A stretch of 64,000 nt of DNA from Dehalococcoidales bacterium (GCA_034419075.1 DAOULR010000022.1:2598-66597); one strand, 5' to 3'; positions 27,921-36,768 are shown, counted from the stretch's first letter. Notes: generated by a model from the sequence alone, not told the origin. Made by a program: numbers and translations.

Positions 27921-28628
27921 CTATTCGCTGATCTTCAGCCGATATCCCACCCCGGGCTCGGTAATGATTAAACGTGGGCGAGCTGGGTCCGGTTCAATCT
28001 TGCGACGTAAGTTGCTGATGTTTACGTGCAGCATATGAAGTTCATCACCATACTCAGCTCCCCAAACTTCACGTAGCAGGTAACGGTGAGTCAGTACCTT
28101 TCCGGCGTGAGTTACCAGCACCCGAAGTAGCCCATACTCATTGGGTGTTAGTTGCACCTCGTTATCTGAGACAGTAACCAGCCTTCGTGATAGGTCAACT
28201 TTCAGGCTTCCGATGGTGAAGATTGGCTCAGGGGTTAGTTGAGCAGCACGGCGTAACGCGGCACGAAGACGGGCTAGTAGCTCGCCCACGCTGAAGGGCT
28301 TGGTCAGGTAATCATCTGCCCCAGCATCAAGCGCCGCTATTTTATTGTTTTCTGCGCCTCGGACCGATAGTATGATTATTGGTATTTGTGTCCACTCTCG
28401 GAGTAGTCGTGTCACCTCAACCCCATCAATGTCGGGCAGCCCCAGGTCCAGAATTACAATATCCGGTTTGTCTTCGACAACACTTGACAGCGCATCCTTG
28501 CCCGAGGCTGCCTCTAGTACCATGTATGCCTGAGATATGAGCGTAACACGCAAGAATCGCCGGATAGAGTCTTCATCATCAACAACTAAGACCTTCATAT
28601 TACTCATCGCGTTTCTCCGTAGTGTCAA
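27921..28628 (-). CDS. OmpR-family response regulator, KdpE-like
   Basis: 235 aa. Receiver domain plus winged-helix output. Overlaps the kinase stop. Alternative start at 28607. Confidence 0.85.
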   Translation of the reverse strand: MTLRRNAMSNMKVLVVDDEDSIRRFLRVTLISQAYMVLEAASGKDALSSVVEDKPDIVILDLGLPDIDGVEVTRLLREWTQIPIIILSVRGAENNKIAALDAGADDYLTKPFSVGELLARLRAALRRAAQLTPEPIFTIGSLKVDLSRRLVTVSDNEVQLTPNEYGLLRVLVTHAGKVLTHRYLLREVWGAEYGDELHMLHVNISNLRRKIEPDPARPRLIITEPGVGYRLKISE

Positions 28629-30189
28629 GACCAGACTCGCCTATCGGTAACGTGAGCCTGATGATAGTACCACCGCTCGGATTATTCTCGGCTTCGATGT
28701 GACCGCCATGAGTTTCGACGATGCCCTTGCTGATGGATAATCCTAGTCCTGTCCCTGCTACGTTATCCGGACGCTTTATGCGATAGAACTTGTCAAAAAC
28801 GTGTGGTAAATCGTGCGGGGGAATACCAATTCCGTGATCAGCTATTTCGATATGCACTTCCTGGGCAACCTGTCGTCCTTTAATCTCAATCGGTGAGTCT
28901 AGTGGTGAGTATTTCATCGCGTTGTCCAGAATGTTGGCCAATGTCTGTACGATAAGGCCAAAATCTACCGAAATAAAGGATATCTCTGTGGGTATGTCCA
29001 TTTTAATTGAACGGGCACTAGCGCGAGTTCCAAGCTGCTCTAAAGCTGCTCCCACCAGGTCCTGTACTTCGGATGGTTGTCTGGATAGCGATAGAGCCCC
29101 AGCTGTAATTCTGGACTCGTCAAGCAGGTTGGTAATAAGATGGCTCAATCTGTCGGCTTCCTCCCGGGCAACCTGTATCAGGTTTTTCTTGGCGGTGTCA
29201 TCTAGACCCATCCCCTCTTCCTGTAGACTGCTCAGGGTACCGATAATGGACACTAAAGGTGTACGTAGGTCATGGGAAATCGCATTGAGAAGGGCGGTCT
29301 GCAGTTTCTCGGTAGCCTTTAACACCTGTGCCTCATGCAACTCGTCAGCCAACTGGATGCCTTCGATAGCCACTGCAACCAAATCAGAATAGGCTCTTAA
29401 GAGCCGCTGTTGCTCTATGGTCAAATCACCTGCGTTGCTAGTCGCTCTCAGTGCCATTACTCCTACGGCTCCCCTCACTGTAATCAGAGGCAGATAGCAT
29501 ACTTTTATATCGGACTTTGTATCAATTCCATACCCCGTTTTTTCTTGGTGCTGAAAAGACCAGATTGCTAAGGCGTATTCATTATCATCAATTGTAACGT
29601 CGCTATCGGTGCTATGTACTTCAAGTTTCCCTGGATTTTTAGTATTGGGAAGGAAGATTATGACTTCGCGTCCCAGTGCTTCTTTTATTCTCTTAGCTAT
29701 AGCCTTGATATAAGACTCAAGGTCACCAGAGATAGCCAGATCTCGCCCCAAAGCATAGAGGGTAGCCGTTTCTCGTTCGCGGAGCCTTGCTGCCTCAGTC
29801 TGCTGACGGATCCGTGAAGTTAAGTAGCTGATGGTTATGCCAACTAATAGTAATGCTATAAAGGTGAGAAAATACTGCGTGTCATCCACGGCAAAGGTAA
29901 AATAAGGGGTAATAAAGAAAAAATCAAAAGCCAGTACCCCCAGAATGGATACCAGAATGGATGGGCCTAGACCTCCGATAACAGCCGAGACCGTAACACA
30001 TAGTAGATAGATCATAATTATATTGGTCGGAGCGAAGAACGTATGAACCAATTGACCTAGAGCGGTGGCCAGTAATACCAGTCCCAAGCCTATAAGATAA
30101 CCCCGCCACTTAGAGGCCTCTCTAAGCAATATTCCCCCTTGATCCGCAAGTTTTTTATCAGGCTTGGGGCGGGTTTCTTGTAATGCCAT
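28600..30189 (-). CDS. Sensor histidine kinase, KdpD C-terminal-half type (DUF4118 membrane domain-GAF-like-HisKA-HATPase); lacks the KdpD N-terminal and Usp domains
   Basis: 529 aa. DUF4118-like 4-TM block (..AFDFFFITPYFTF..), H-box ISHDLRTPL, G-boxes DHGIGI and GTGLGLSI. Confidence 0.8.
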   Translation of the reverse strand: MALQETRPKPDKKLADQGGILLREASKWRGYLIGLGLVLLATALGQLVHTFFAPTNIIMIYLLCVTVSAVIGGLGPSILVSILGVLAFDFFFITPYFTFAVDDTQYFLTFIALLLVGITISYLTSRIRQQTEAARLRERETATLYALGRDLAISGDLESYIKAIAKRIKEALGREVIIFLPNTKNPGKLEVHSTDSDVTIDDNEYALAIWSFQHQEKTGYGIDTKSDIKVCYLPLITVRGAVGVMALRATSNAGDLTIEQQRLLRAYSDLVAVAIEGIQLADELHEAQVLKATEKLQTALLNAISHDLRTPLVSIIGTLSSLQEEGMGLDDTAKKNLIQVAREEADRLSHLITNLLDESRITAGALSLSRQPSEVQDLVGAALEQLGTRASARSIKMDIPTEISFISVDFGLIVQTLANILDNAMKYSPLDSPIEIKGRQVAQEVHIEIADHGIGIPPHDLPHVFDKFYRIKRPDNVAGTGLGLSISKGIVETHGGHIEAENNPSGGTIIRLTLPIGESGLDTTEKRDE

Positions 30190-30329
30190 GTAATTAATCT
30201 CCGAATCACATTCTATACTTTGTTTTATACTAAGTCTATTTCGGGCGGCAGGTAAGGTTGAAGATATAGAAGCTCGTATTAAAATCTCTCGTACAATAGA
30301 CTTTAACTATTTACTAATGTAGCAAGAGG

Positions 30330-30385
30330 AAGGTCAAGGAGGTATCAAGAAAGTCTTCTTGTCGGTCAAGAAAGTATCAAGAATT
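30330..30385 (+). promoter_or_regulatory. Operator copy 3 upstream of the kinase-regulator operon
   Basis: AAGGTCAAGGAGGTATCAAGAAAGTCTTCTTGTCGGTCAAGAAAGTATCAAGAATT. Sits 141 nt from ATG 30189. Confidence 0.7.
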
Positions 30386-30486
30386 AATACTTGATTCTAG
30401 CTACAAGTGGAGGCTAAGATAATTTAACAAAAACTCAGATTGTTGAGCCCGACTGCACAAGATAATGGTTCGTGCAGCACCGGAGA

Positions 30487-30524
30487 TTAAAAAAGAGGGC
30501 CGAGAATTCTCTCGACCCTCTTTA
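30487..30524 (-). terminator. Hairpin terminator after the last gene of the element (possibly bidirectional)
   Basis: AGAGGGCCGAGA-attc-TCTCGACCCTCT stem flanked by an A-run (T-run on the minus strand). Confidence 0.6.
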
Positions 30525-30536
30525 GCTTTAACGATG

Positions 30537-31022
30537 TTAGAACTCGAACAACGCCGGCTGCTCCGCTTTTCTCTTAGTTGCCTCCTCCTCTTTCTCCTGC
30601 CTTCTCTCGGCCTTCTCCCTCTCCAGCCTGGCCTGGGTTCTCTTACGATAGAGCCATTCCTTCAGCCGATTCAGTTCTGCCAGCTGGTAATCATTGATTG
30701 AGTCCACGACGATATCGCCGGGCATCTCACTCTTACCCCACCGGCGACAGGTCTTGGTGGCGATGTGGAGGTAGATTTGGGTCCAGTCGCTGTCTATTGG
30801 CTGTGCCAGAGAGACAGTCATAAGGTAGGCGCAGACTTCGGCGTCGGTGCCGGCAATCTCCTCACCCCTGATTGCCCTGATGTTTATCTCCAGCCTCTCC
30901 AAGGTGACGGCCGTTTTAAGCCACTCGGGCAGAGTGTCTCCCCAACCCCCGGGGAAAACGATGATGGGATCGGTCAGGCACCCCACCAGCTCGGAGATGC
31001 CCTGTTCCATAGTCTTATTCAA
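30537..31022 (-). CDS. Hypothetical protein (161 aa) with charged C-terminal helix
   Basis: ORF track. Last gene of the minus-strand block. No family recognised. Confidence 0.5.
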   Translation of the reverse strand: MNKTMEQGISELVGCLTDPIIVFPGGWGDTLPEWLKTAVTLERLEINIRAIRGEEIAGTDAEVCAYLMTVSLAQPIDSDWTQIYLHIATKTCRRWGKSEMPGDIVVDSINDYQLAELNRLKEWLYRKRTQARLEREKAERRQEKEEEATKRKAEQPALFEF

Positions 31023-31087
31023 TTGTCCTTCTCACCTCCCTTTTAGTCTGATTTTGGGCATAGTAACCCTTTCAATCCTTTGCAGCC

Positions 31088-31384
31088 TTAAATCATCGAC
31101 TGCTGGCTGCCGTACTCCATGACCTTGCGCTCCTCCTCCAACGCTTCCTTGGGTATGAGGTTGCGGATGCGCTCGACGTAGCCCTTCATGTAGGTGTTGA
31201 AGCTATCCACTTTGGAGGCCATAGTGGCCGCGGGCTGGTCGATATACCCCGGCAGATGGGGTATTCGCTTAAGCTCCTCGGCTTTCTCACGGATTAGCCA
31301 CAGAGTCGGCCTGATGGAACTCATAAGCTCCTCGACCTCATCGGCATTACGGCTCACGCTGACCGTGCTCCACTTTATAGGCAC
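31088..31384 (-). CDS. Hypothetical protein (98 aa)
   Basis: ORF track. Co-directional. No family recognised. Confidence 0.45.
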   Translation of the reverse strand: MPIKWSTVSVSRNADEVEELMSSIRPTLWLIREKAEELKRIPHLPGYIDQPAATMASKVDSFNTYMKGYVERIRNLIPKEALEEERKVMEYGSQQSMI

Positions 31385-31433
31385 AAAATCACCTCCTTTC
31401 TGGGCATAGTTGCCCGTCCGATTCCGTCCTTGT

Positions 31434-31643
31434 TTAGTTAGCCGAGGGCGACATCATCCGTTTCATCATGGCGTCGAGAGCCTGCTTGACCAGCCACTCG
31501 CCCAGGCACTTCTCGTCGCACCAGGCTCCCAGCGTTAGCGGGACTTGCTGGCGCTCGTCGGTCAGCACCATAGCATCACGCTTCATGAAGTTGTCCTCAG
31601 GCAGCTCCTGGTTACAGTTGAGACAGTGAAGCTCCTCCATCAC
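31434..31643 (-). CDS. Hypothetical small protein (69 aa) with CxxC
   Basis: ORF track. GGAGG upstream. CLNC...C..C cysteines. Confidence 0.4.
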   Translation of the reverse strand: MMEELHCLNCNQELPEDNFMKRDAMVLTDERQQVPLTLGAWCDEKCLGEWLVKQALDAMMKRMMSPSAN

Positions 31644-31811
31644 TCGACCTCCTTTCCAGGTATTTCTTGGCTCTGGCCACAGAGAGGTAATCAGGGCACT
31701 TCTGGGAGCACCGGTGGCTGTGCCCCTTAAGACACCCCCTACAGAGCCAGTAGCACTTTCGCCTGTTGGGGCGACGGTAATTCAAATTCACCCCCTTCCA
31801 GCCACAAAAGA

Positions 31812-31882
31812 GGGGGTATCACTCCCACGCTTGGGGAGCGATACCCCCTTAAAAAAGCAAAAAAGCGGGGTCTCCCCCGCCT
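31812..31882 (-). terminator. Two tandem hairpin terminators downstream of the clamp gene
   Basis: Minus strand has GCGGGGGAGACCCCGC followed by TTTTTTGCTTTTTT. It then has the GGGGGTATCGCTCCCC/GGGAGTGATACCCCC hairpin followed by TCTTTTG. Confidence 0.55.
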
Positions 31883-31917
31883 TTCTGCGTGGCTCTTTTG
31901 TTTGGGCTGTAAGCGTT

Positions 31918-33126
31918 CTATTTGGCTTTAACTGGCTGTTTGGCTCGTCTAGGCTTTGCTTTAGGCTTCTCGGCTACTGGCTCGGTAGCCTCTGGCTGAC
32001 TCTCGGCTGGCTCGGTGGCAACCTCGGCTTTGGCTTGTTCGGCTTTAGCCTTTACCTCTGCCTGCGCCTCTGGCGTCAGCATCGGCATTACCACCAGTTG
32101 ATAGCCGTCAACGGTAAAGAGCAGTGGCGATACGCCGTTGGTGAGCTTAAGCTCCACCATACCCCCACAAGCCTTGAGGGCGTCGGCAAGATACTTGCCG
32201 TCCACCCTTATTCTGACCGTCTCACCGAGGGTGTCGGCTGCTAGCTCGGCTTGACCCTTATCATCGGGGTTAGCCATCACCAGCCTGCCTTCGCCAGCGG
32301 TGAGGTCAATCGGGTAGGCTTTGCTGTCGGATATGGCTTTGAGCGAGCTAACCGCCTTGATTGCCTCTACCGTGTCAAAGTGAACGAAGGTGCTAAACTC
32401 GGTAGGTATCAGCTTCTCATAGTCGGGGAAGTTACCCTCAAGGCTAGCCCACTTGTAGCGGATTAGCTCGGTGTCTATGGTGAGCGTCTTGATGTCCTCA
32501 CCGTCAAAGCTAACCCTCGCCCGCTTGGCTCTCCGCAGGGCATTGGCTATGCCCTGAAGCTCGTCACGGCTTATCAGAGCTTGCCCCTCTCCATCCTCGT
32601 AGTCAAGGCTTGTTACCGCCAGCCTGAAGCCGTCGGCACTGACCAGAGTCAATTTACCGTCTTTAGCCACCAAGCTGACACAAGCTAAAACAGGTCTATC
32701 GTCATCGGTGGCGGTAAACGGCAATACCCTTGACAGCGCCTCTGATAGCTCTAGGCTGCCGATGTTGGGCTTGACCGAGTTGTTGGGGCTGACCCTGACC
32801 TCGCAGAGGCTCATCGGCGTCTTATCGCCAATCCATTCGCTATCGGCAAGTTGGCTGGTATTAGCTCCGCAGATTACCTTAAGCCTCTTGTGTCCGTTAG
32901 CCTGCGACCCGCTAGCACTACCGTTAGACGGTATCACCTTGACGATGTTACTACCGCCCAAAGCCTTAAGGTATCCGAGTAAGCCTTTGCGCCCTATGGT
33001 CAAGTCCATAAGCATTACCCTTTCGGCTAACGCTCTGGACAGAGCGCCTACCAGCACAGCCTTGTGAGCGACAAAGCCGTCGCCTGAACGCTTGCCCACG
33101 ATATTAAGTTGTTCTATTTTAATCAC
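31918..33126 (-). CDS. DNA polymerase III beta (DnaN)-like sliding clamp with Ala/Glu/Lys-rich C-terminal tail
   Basis: 402 aa. TDDDRPVLACVSLVAKDGKLTLVSADGFRLAV, GNFPDYEKLIP and YQLVVMPM match clamp domain II/III landmarks. The last ~50 aa are low-complexity. Confidence 0.7.
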   Translation of the reverse strand: MIKIEQLNIVGKRSGDGFVAHKAVLVGALSRALAERVMLMDLTIGRKGLLGYLKALGGSNIVKVIPSNGSASGSQANGHKRLKVICGANTSQLADSEWIGDKTPMSLCEVRVSPNNSVKPNIGSLELSEALSRVLPFTATDDDRPVLACVSLVAKDGKLTLVSADGFRLAVTSLDYEDGEGQALISRDELQGIANALRRAKRARVSFDGEDIKTLTIDTELIRYKWASLEGNFPDYEKLIPTEFSTFVHFDTVEAIKAVSSLKAISDSKAYPIDLTAGEGRLVMANPDDKGQAELAADTLGETVRIRVDGKYLADALKACGGMVELKLTNGVSPLLFTVDGYQLVVMPMLTPEAQAEVKAKAEQAKAEVATEPAESQPEATEPVAEKPKAKPRRAKQPVKAK

Positions 33127-33257
33127 CCCTTTGGCTATCCGATAGTGGGCAAGGCTATCGGCTTCGCCTAGTAGTAAGCTACCGTCTAGCTGCGACTCGC
33201 TAGCCTAAACGGTGCTTCCACTATATACAGGGCATCGGGAAGGTCAAAACCTTTCAC

Positions 33258-33716
33258 TTAAAATAACTCTTTTTGCTCTCTTTGCCTAAATCGGCAAAGG
33301 TAAATCATATCGGCATTGGTTAGCGGTATCCCCTTGAGCCTCTTACCCGCTATGACTATCAGCCTCATCGGGCAACCGAGTAAAAAGGTTCTGGCATCCA
33401 GCCAAGCGTCAAGGTCAATCGCCTTATCATCGGATAGAGTGTCTATCAGTTCAACGCCATCCCCATCGTTTAGCTCGGTATTTAGGCTCAAGATGGTCAA
33501 CAGCCTCTTTTGCTGTCGCCAATACTTCTGGCACTCGTAAGAGGCTACCCGCAGCATAGCTACATCGGACAATTGACCGCCACCGTTGTTATCTTTGGCT
33601 GTTTGGGCTTGGGCAAGGCTCAATACAATGGTATGATTTAAGTCCTCCGTGTCCTGCGCCTTCGCCTTGTATTGAAACCTGTCGGCTACTGCTATATACT
33701 TGCTCCAGTCTAGCAT
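33258..33716 (-). CDS. Hypothetical protein (152 aa), possible HTH at C-terminus
   Basis: ORF track. No confident family. Confidence 0.45.
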   Translation of the reverse strand: MLDWSKYIAVADRFQYKAKAQDTEDLNHTIVLSLAQAQTAKDNNGGGQLSDVAMLRVASYECQKYWRQQKRLLTILSLNTELNDGDGVELIDTLSDDKAIDLDAWLDARTFLLGCPMRLIVIAGKRLKGIPLTNADMIYLCRFRQREQKELF

Positions 33717-33999
33717 TGTGGTTCACCCCGCTTTGTTAGACTTGCCCTAGCTCGGCTAATCACTGGCTAGGGCATTTTGTTTGGGGCAAGCGTTCAGGTT
33801 GGGCTTTATTCGGTTGTTAAGGTTCAATTGCTTTAGCTTGATTATTGAACAAAAAGGTATAAAGTGAAATCAGTAAAAGCAATTGCATTATTCCCTCCCC
33901 CGAGGCGGAACCAGGGTTTTAGAGAAAAAGTAACTCTAAAGGCGGTTAAGGGGAAGACGAAGAGATATTGCTTGGAGGACTGGGCAGAAAGTCTCCCGG

Positions 34000-34566
34000 C
34001 TACCGTTTGCTGTAGTACTGGTGATGCCGGTTTTTCTCTTTGAAATATTCCTTGTCGAACTTGGGGTACAGCGTGCGGACAGGGTTGGATATCTCGGCCG
34101 GAGTCGCCTTCCAGCCGGCTTCGGTGAGGCGGTAGAACACCCGGGACGGGGCCGGCGGGTAATCGTCCTGGAGCCCCGAAGGCTCGGTTTTGCCGGTTTC
34201 CTCGAGCCAGCCGAGGCGCTTAAGGTGGCCGACGTAGCGGGTAAAGCTGGAATACCTCATGCGGGTGAACTTGTAGGGAATCCGACTGAAGTAATACTCC
34301 AGGCGCTCGGCGTATTCCTCCTCGGTGAATGAGCCGCGGCCTTTCTTAATGCGCTTTTCCTCTTCTCTCTCCACGGCGTCCCGGGCAAAGGCGCGTAATA
34401 AAGCAGACTTATATTCCGCCAGGATATCCACCATCGGCGCTCCCTCTTCGGGGTCTATGCGTTTGCGGCCCTCGGGGGCATTTCCCTTGAGGAACTCGAT
34501 GATAAACCAGGCGCAGCCAAACGGCCGAAGGAAACCGCCTTGCTCCGGTTTGATTGCTACTGCCAT
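34000..34566 (-). CDS. Hypothetical protein (188 aa) with winged-helix-like segment
   Basis: VFYRLTEAGWKA resembles the wing of PadR/MarR-type wHTH domains. Confidence 0.5.
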   Translation of the reverse strand: MAVAIKPEQGGFLRPFGCAWFIIEFLKGNAPEGRKRIDPEEGAPMVDILAEYKSALLRAFARDAVEREEEKRIKKGRGSFTEEEYAERLEYYFSRIPYKFTRMRYSSFTRYVGHLKRLGWLEETGKTEPSGLQDDYPPAPSRVFYRLTEAGWKATPAEISNPVRTLYPKFDKEYFKEKNRHHQYYSKR

Positions 34567-34721
34567 TCCACTACCTCATCGAACACGACCAGCGTAAAGG
34601 CTATCAGCATGGCGCCCATCACCGTGCCGGTGAGTTGCTGGGCGTACCATACGAGCTCCTCACCGGTGACCTTCCTGTCCTCTAAAACTTTTAGAGTAGG
34701 TAGGACAAAACCTGTAACCAC
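34557..34721 (-). CDS. Small membrane protein (54 aa), hypothetical
   Basis: Not in ORF track. GTG start overlaps the upstream stop by 1 nt. Its stop lies 8 nt inside the next gene. Has a TM helix (GAMLIAFTLVVF). Confidence 0.4.
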   Translation of the reverse strand: MVTGFVLPTLKVLEDRKVTGEELVWYAQQLTGTVMGAMLIAFTLVVFDEVVEWQ

Positions 34722-35242
34722 TATTCTGCCGTTCCTTTTCCGGTATCTTTGGCAGGAGCTTTTTCGCCTCCAGCTAATGCGGCAAGACCGCCGGCAACCC
34801 CTGCCACAACGGGGACTATTATCCCCGCCGTTACTAAAGCATTTACTACCGTCGGGCTTAGGGCTGATGGCATCTCGCCCTGTATTAGCACGTCGTCTCC
34901 GTCCTCTATCCCTTCTGCCTCGCCGGCGGTAACCTCGAGGAAGTATCGGGCTCCGGGGCTCGAAGTGTGGTCGAATATTACCTCCCTCTCGTTGGGCTGC
35001 ACCTGGTGCATCACGCCGACGACGCCCGCGGAGCTGCTGATGAAGATGATATCCAGGGCAAAGAGCATGCGGGACATATTGATTTGAACATGCCCCTGGT
35101 CGACGCCCATATCAAAGAGAATCCCGGTGCCGCTGGGAATACCAGATATCCCGCTGAGCCCCTGCGCCAGCTCGGCGTAGGTACTAGCCACCCCTACAAA
35201 CCATTGTCTATCTTTTACGGTTACGACTGCTTGTCCCGGCAT
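34721..35242 (-). CDS. DUF192-like protein with C-terminal hydrophobic/Gly-Ala tail
   Basis: GILFDM...MLFALDIIFISS...ARYFLEVTAGEAEGIEDGDDV follows the DUF192 pattern. Confidence 0.55.
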   Translation of the reverse strand: MPGQAVVTVKDRQWFVGVASTYAELAQGLSGISGIPSGTGILFDMGVDQGHVQINMSRMLFALDIIFISSSAGVVGVMHQVQPNEREVIFDHTSSPGARYFLEVTAGEAEGIEDGDDVLIQGEMPSALSPTVVNALVTAGIIVPVVAGVAGGLAALAGGEKAPAKDTGKGTAE

Positions 35243-35260
35243 ATTCTTTCCACACCTTGC

Positions 35261-35944
35261 TCATTCTTCCAGTATTTTCTGGAGCCACTCTCTGTGCTCC
35301 TTGCCGGATATTTTCCTGTATTTAGCCGTGGTGTTGAAGGAAGCGTGCCCCAGGTGCTCCTGCAGGAGCCTCAGGCCGTCACCGGAGTCGTCCTTCTTGA
35401 CCGCCATAATGGCGAAGGCGTCTCTCAACTTGTGAGGGCTGACATTATGGGCTCTGCCGGTTTCGGGGTTTACCAGCTTCCCCAAGCCCGCCCTCCGAGC
35501 GCATTCCTTCACTATCTGCCAAGCCCTGTGTCTATTGATGCCGAAGATGAGCCGTTTGCCGTTATGGGACACGGGCCCGCCACGGTCGATGTAGCTCTTG
35601 AACATATCCAGGGTGCCGTCGTCCACAGGCAGGGTTCTGACTCTGCGGTGCTGCCCCTCCGTAGCCACCGTTTTCTCCACCTTCACGCCGCAAGCTGGGC
35701 AGAACCGGGCCGTCTTGCTCAACCTGGCGCCGCAGTCGGGACAGGAAAGGTTAAGCCTCACCTTGAGGTGCTCGATGGTTACCGTGCCCTGCTCAAAGTC
35801 GATATCGCCCACGGCAATGCCGAGGGCCTCCGATATACGACAGCCCAGGTGGGCCAGCAGCCTGATAAGCAGCTTGTCGCGGAGGTATTCCCCTGCCTCT
35901 TCAAGCCGCTCCACTTCCTCCGGCTCAAGATACGTCTTGATCAC
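35261..35944 (-). CDS. Compact tyrosine recombinase (catalytic domain only) with an inserted Zn ribbon
   Basis: 227 aa. Catalytic landmarks GCRISE (R), HKLRDAF (HxxR), HLGHAS (H), TAKY (Y). Insert is CPDCGARLSKTARFCPACG. Confidence 0.8.
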   Translation of the reverse strand: MIKTYLEPEEVERLEEAGEYLRDKLLIRLLAHLGCRISEALGIAVGDIDFEQGTVTIEHLKVRLNLSCPDCGARLSKTARFCPACGVKVEKTVATEGQHRRVRTLPVDDGTLDMFKSYIDRGGPVSHNGKRLIFGINRHRAWQIVKECARRAGLGKLVNPETGRAHNVSPHKLRDAFAIMAVKKDDSGDGLRLLQEHLGHASFNTTAKYRKISGKEHREWLQKILEE

Positions 35945-36768
35945 TCTCTCACCCCGTAGTCGGTTATGGCGAAACTGCTCAACGTCGGCAGCACGGTAAA
36001 GCTTCCCATTATGCCGTCAACCTCCACCTGGTAGTTCCCGGCTTGCTGGGGAGTGAAGTAGAGGTAATAGCCTTCATATTGGCCAGGCATCCGGGTTACC
36101 GTCCTCGCGTCGATTATCTCTCCGTTGACAGTACACGTTACCGCCATAGATCCGGTTATTTCCCCCCTGTTGGCGACGATGATTAATATTTCGACGGGTT
36201 GGCCGACTCTGACCTCGGCGGGTTGAATCTGAACGCCGCTTATAAATAGATCCGGTGCCGGCGGCGGTGCCTCAACGACGTCTATGGTCAATCCTATATC
36301 CAAACCCTGCCACAGCCAGCGCAGTTCCCACTGTCCAGTACCCGGCATCGTCGGGTCCGGCACCCACTCTATGAGAACGCAGGAAGTTCTGATGGCGTAG
36401 GTTCCGAGAGGCAGATAAATATAGTGTGGCGGGGGACCGGTTACGCCGAAAGTGCGTATCGATGCCCCCACTTCGTAGAAGCCAGCCGGCTGGTCCCTGA
36501 CGCTGACGGCGTCGGCATAGGCGTCGCTGCCGATCCAGCTGTGGAACTGGTAGTACCTGCTGTCGGGGACGTATCCCCTGGCATCGAAGGGAGCGGCGTT
36601 ATGGCTGGACGACCGGCTTTGAAGCACGTAGGATTGGGGCAGGTAAGCCGAAACCAGGTAAGGCTTCCCGGGGTGCCTCGATTCCATATGAGCGATAAGC
36701 GACTCCTCCGTACCAAAGGTAGCACCGCAGTACGCGCAGGGGACTAGGATAGCTCCGTCCGACACCAT
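35941..36768 (-). CDS. C2H2 zinc-finger protein with C-terminal CARDB/Ig-like domain (275 aa)
   Basis: ATG overlaps the protease stop (TGATG). CAYCGATFGTEESLIAHMESRH is C-x2-C-x12-H-x4-H. C-terminal GQPVEILIIVANRGEITGSMAVTCTV. Upstream part of the 684-aa track ORF rejected. Confidence 0.65.
   Translation of the reverse strand: MVSDGAILVPCAYCGATFGTEESLIAHMESRHPGKPYLVSAYLPQSYVLQSRSSSHNAAPFDARGYVPDSRYYQFHSWIGSDAYADAVSVRDQPAGFYEVGASIRTFGVTGPPPHYIYLPLGTYAIRTSCVLIEWVPDPTMPGTGQWELRWLWQGLDIGLTIDVVEAPPPAPDLFISGVQIQPAEVRVGQPVEILIIVANRGEITGSMAVTCTVNGEIIDARTVTRMPGQYEGYYLYFTPQQAGNYQVEVDGIMGSFTVLPTLSSFAITDYGVRE

Noticed and set aside
30386-30486. Search for the left att site of the integrated element (a third copy of the tRNA-derived 25-mer, or a serine-integrase-type imperfect palindrome).
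   Set aside because: No copy of the 25-mer was found there. A short CTGCAC/GTGCAG inverted repeat exists but is not convincing, so the left boundary is approximate.
31612-31785. 57-aa Cys/His-rich ORF (TTG start; ..RRKCYWLCRGCLKGHSHRCSQKCPDY..) in the gap after the clamp terminators.
   Set aside because: It has a non-ATG start and a 32-nt overlap with the next gene, and no family was recognised. It is plausible but too weak to list as a feature.
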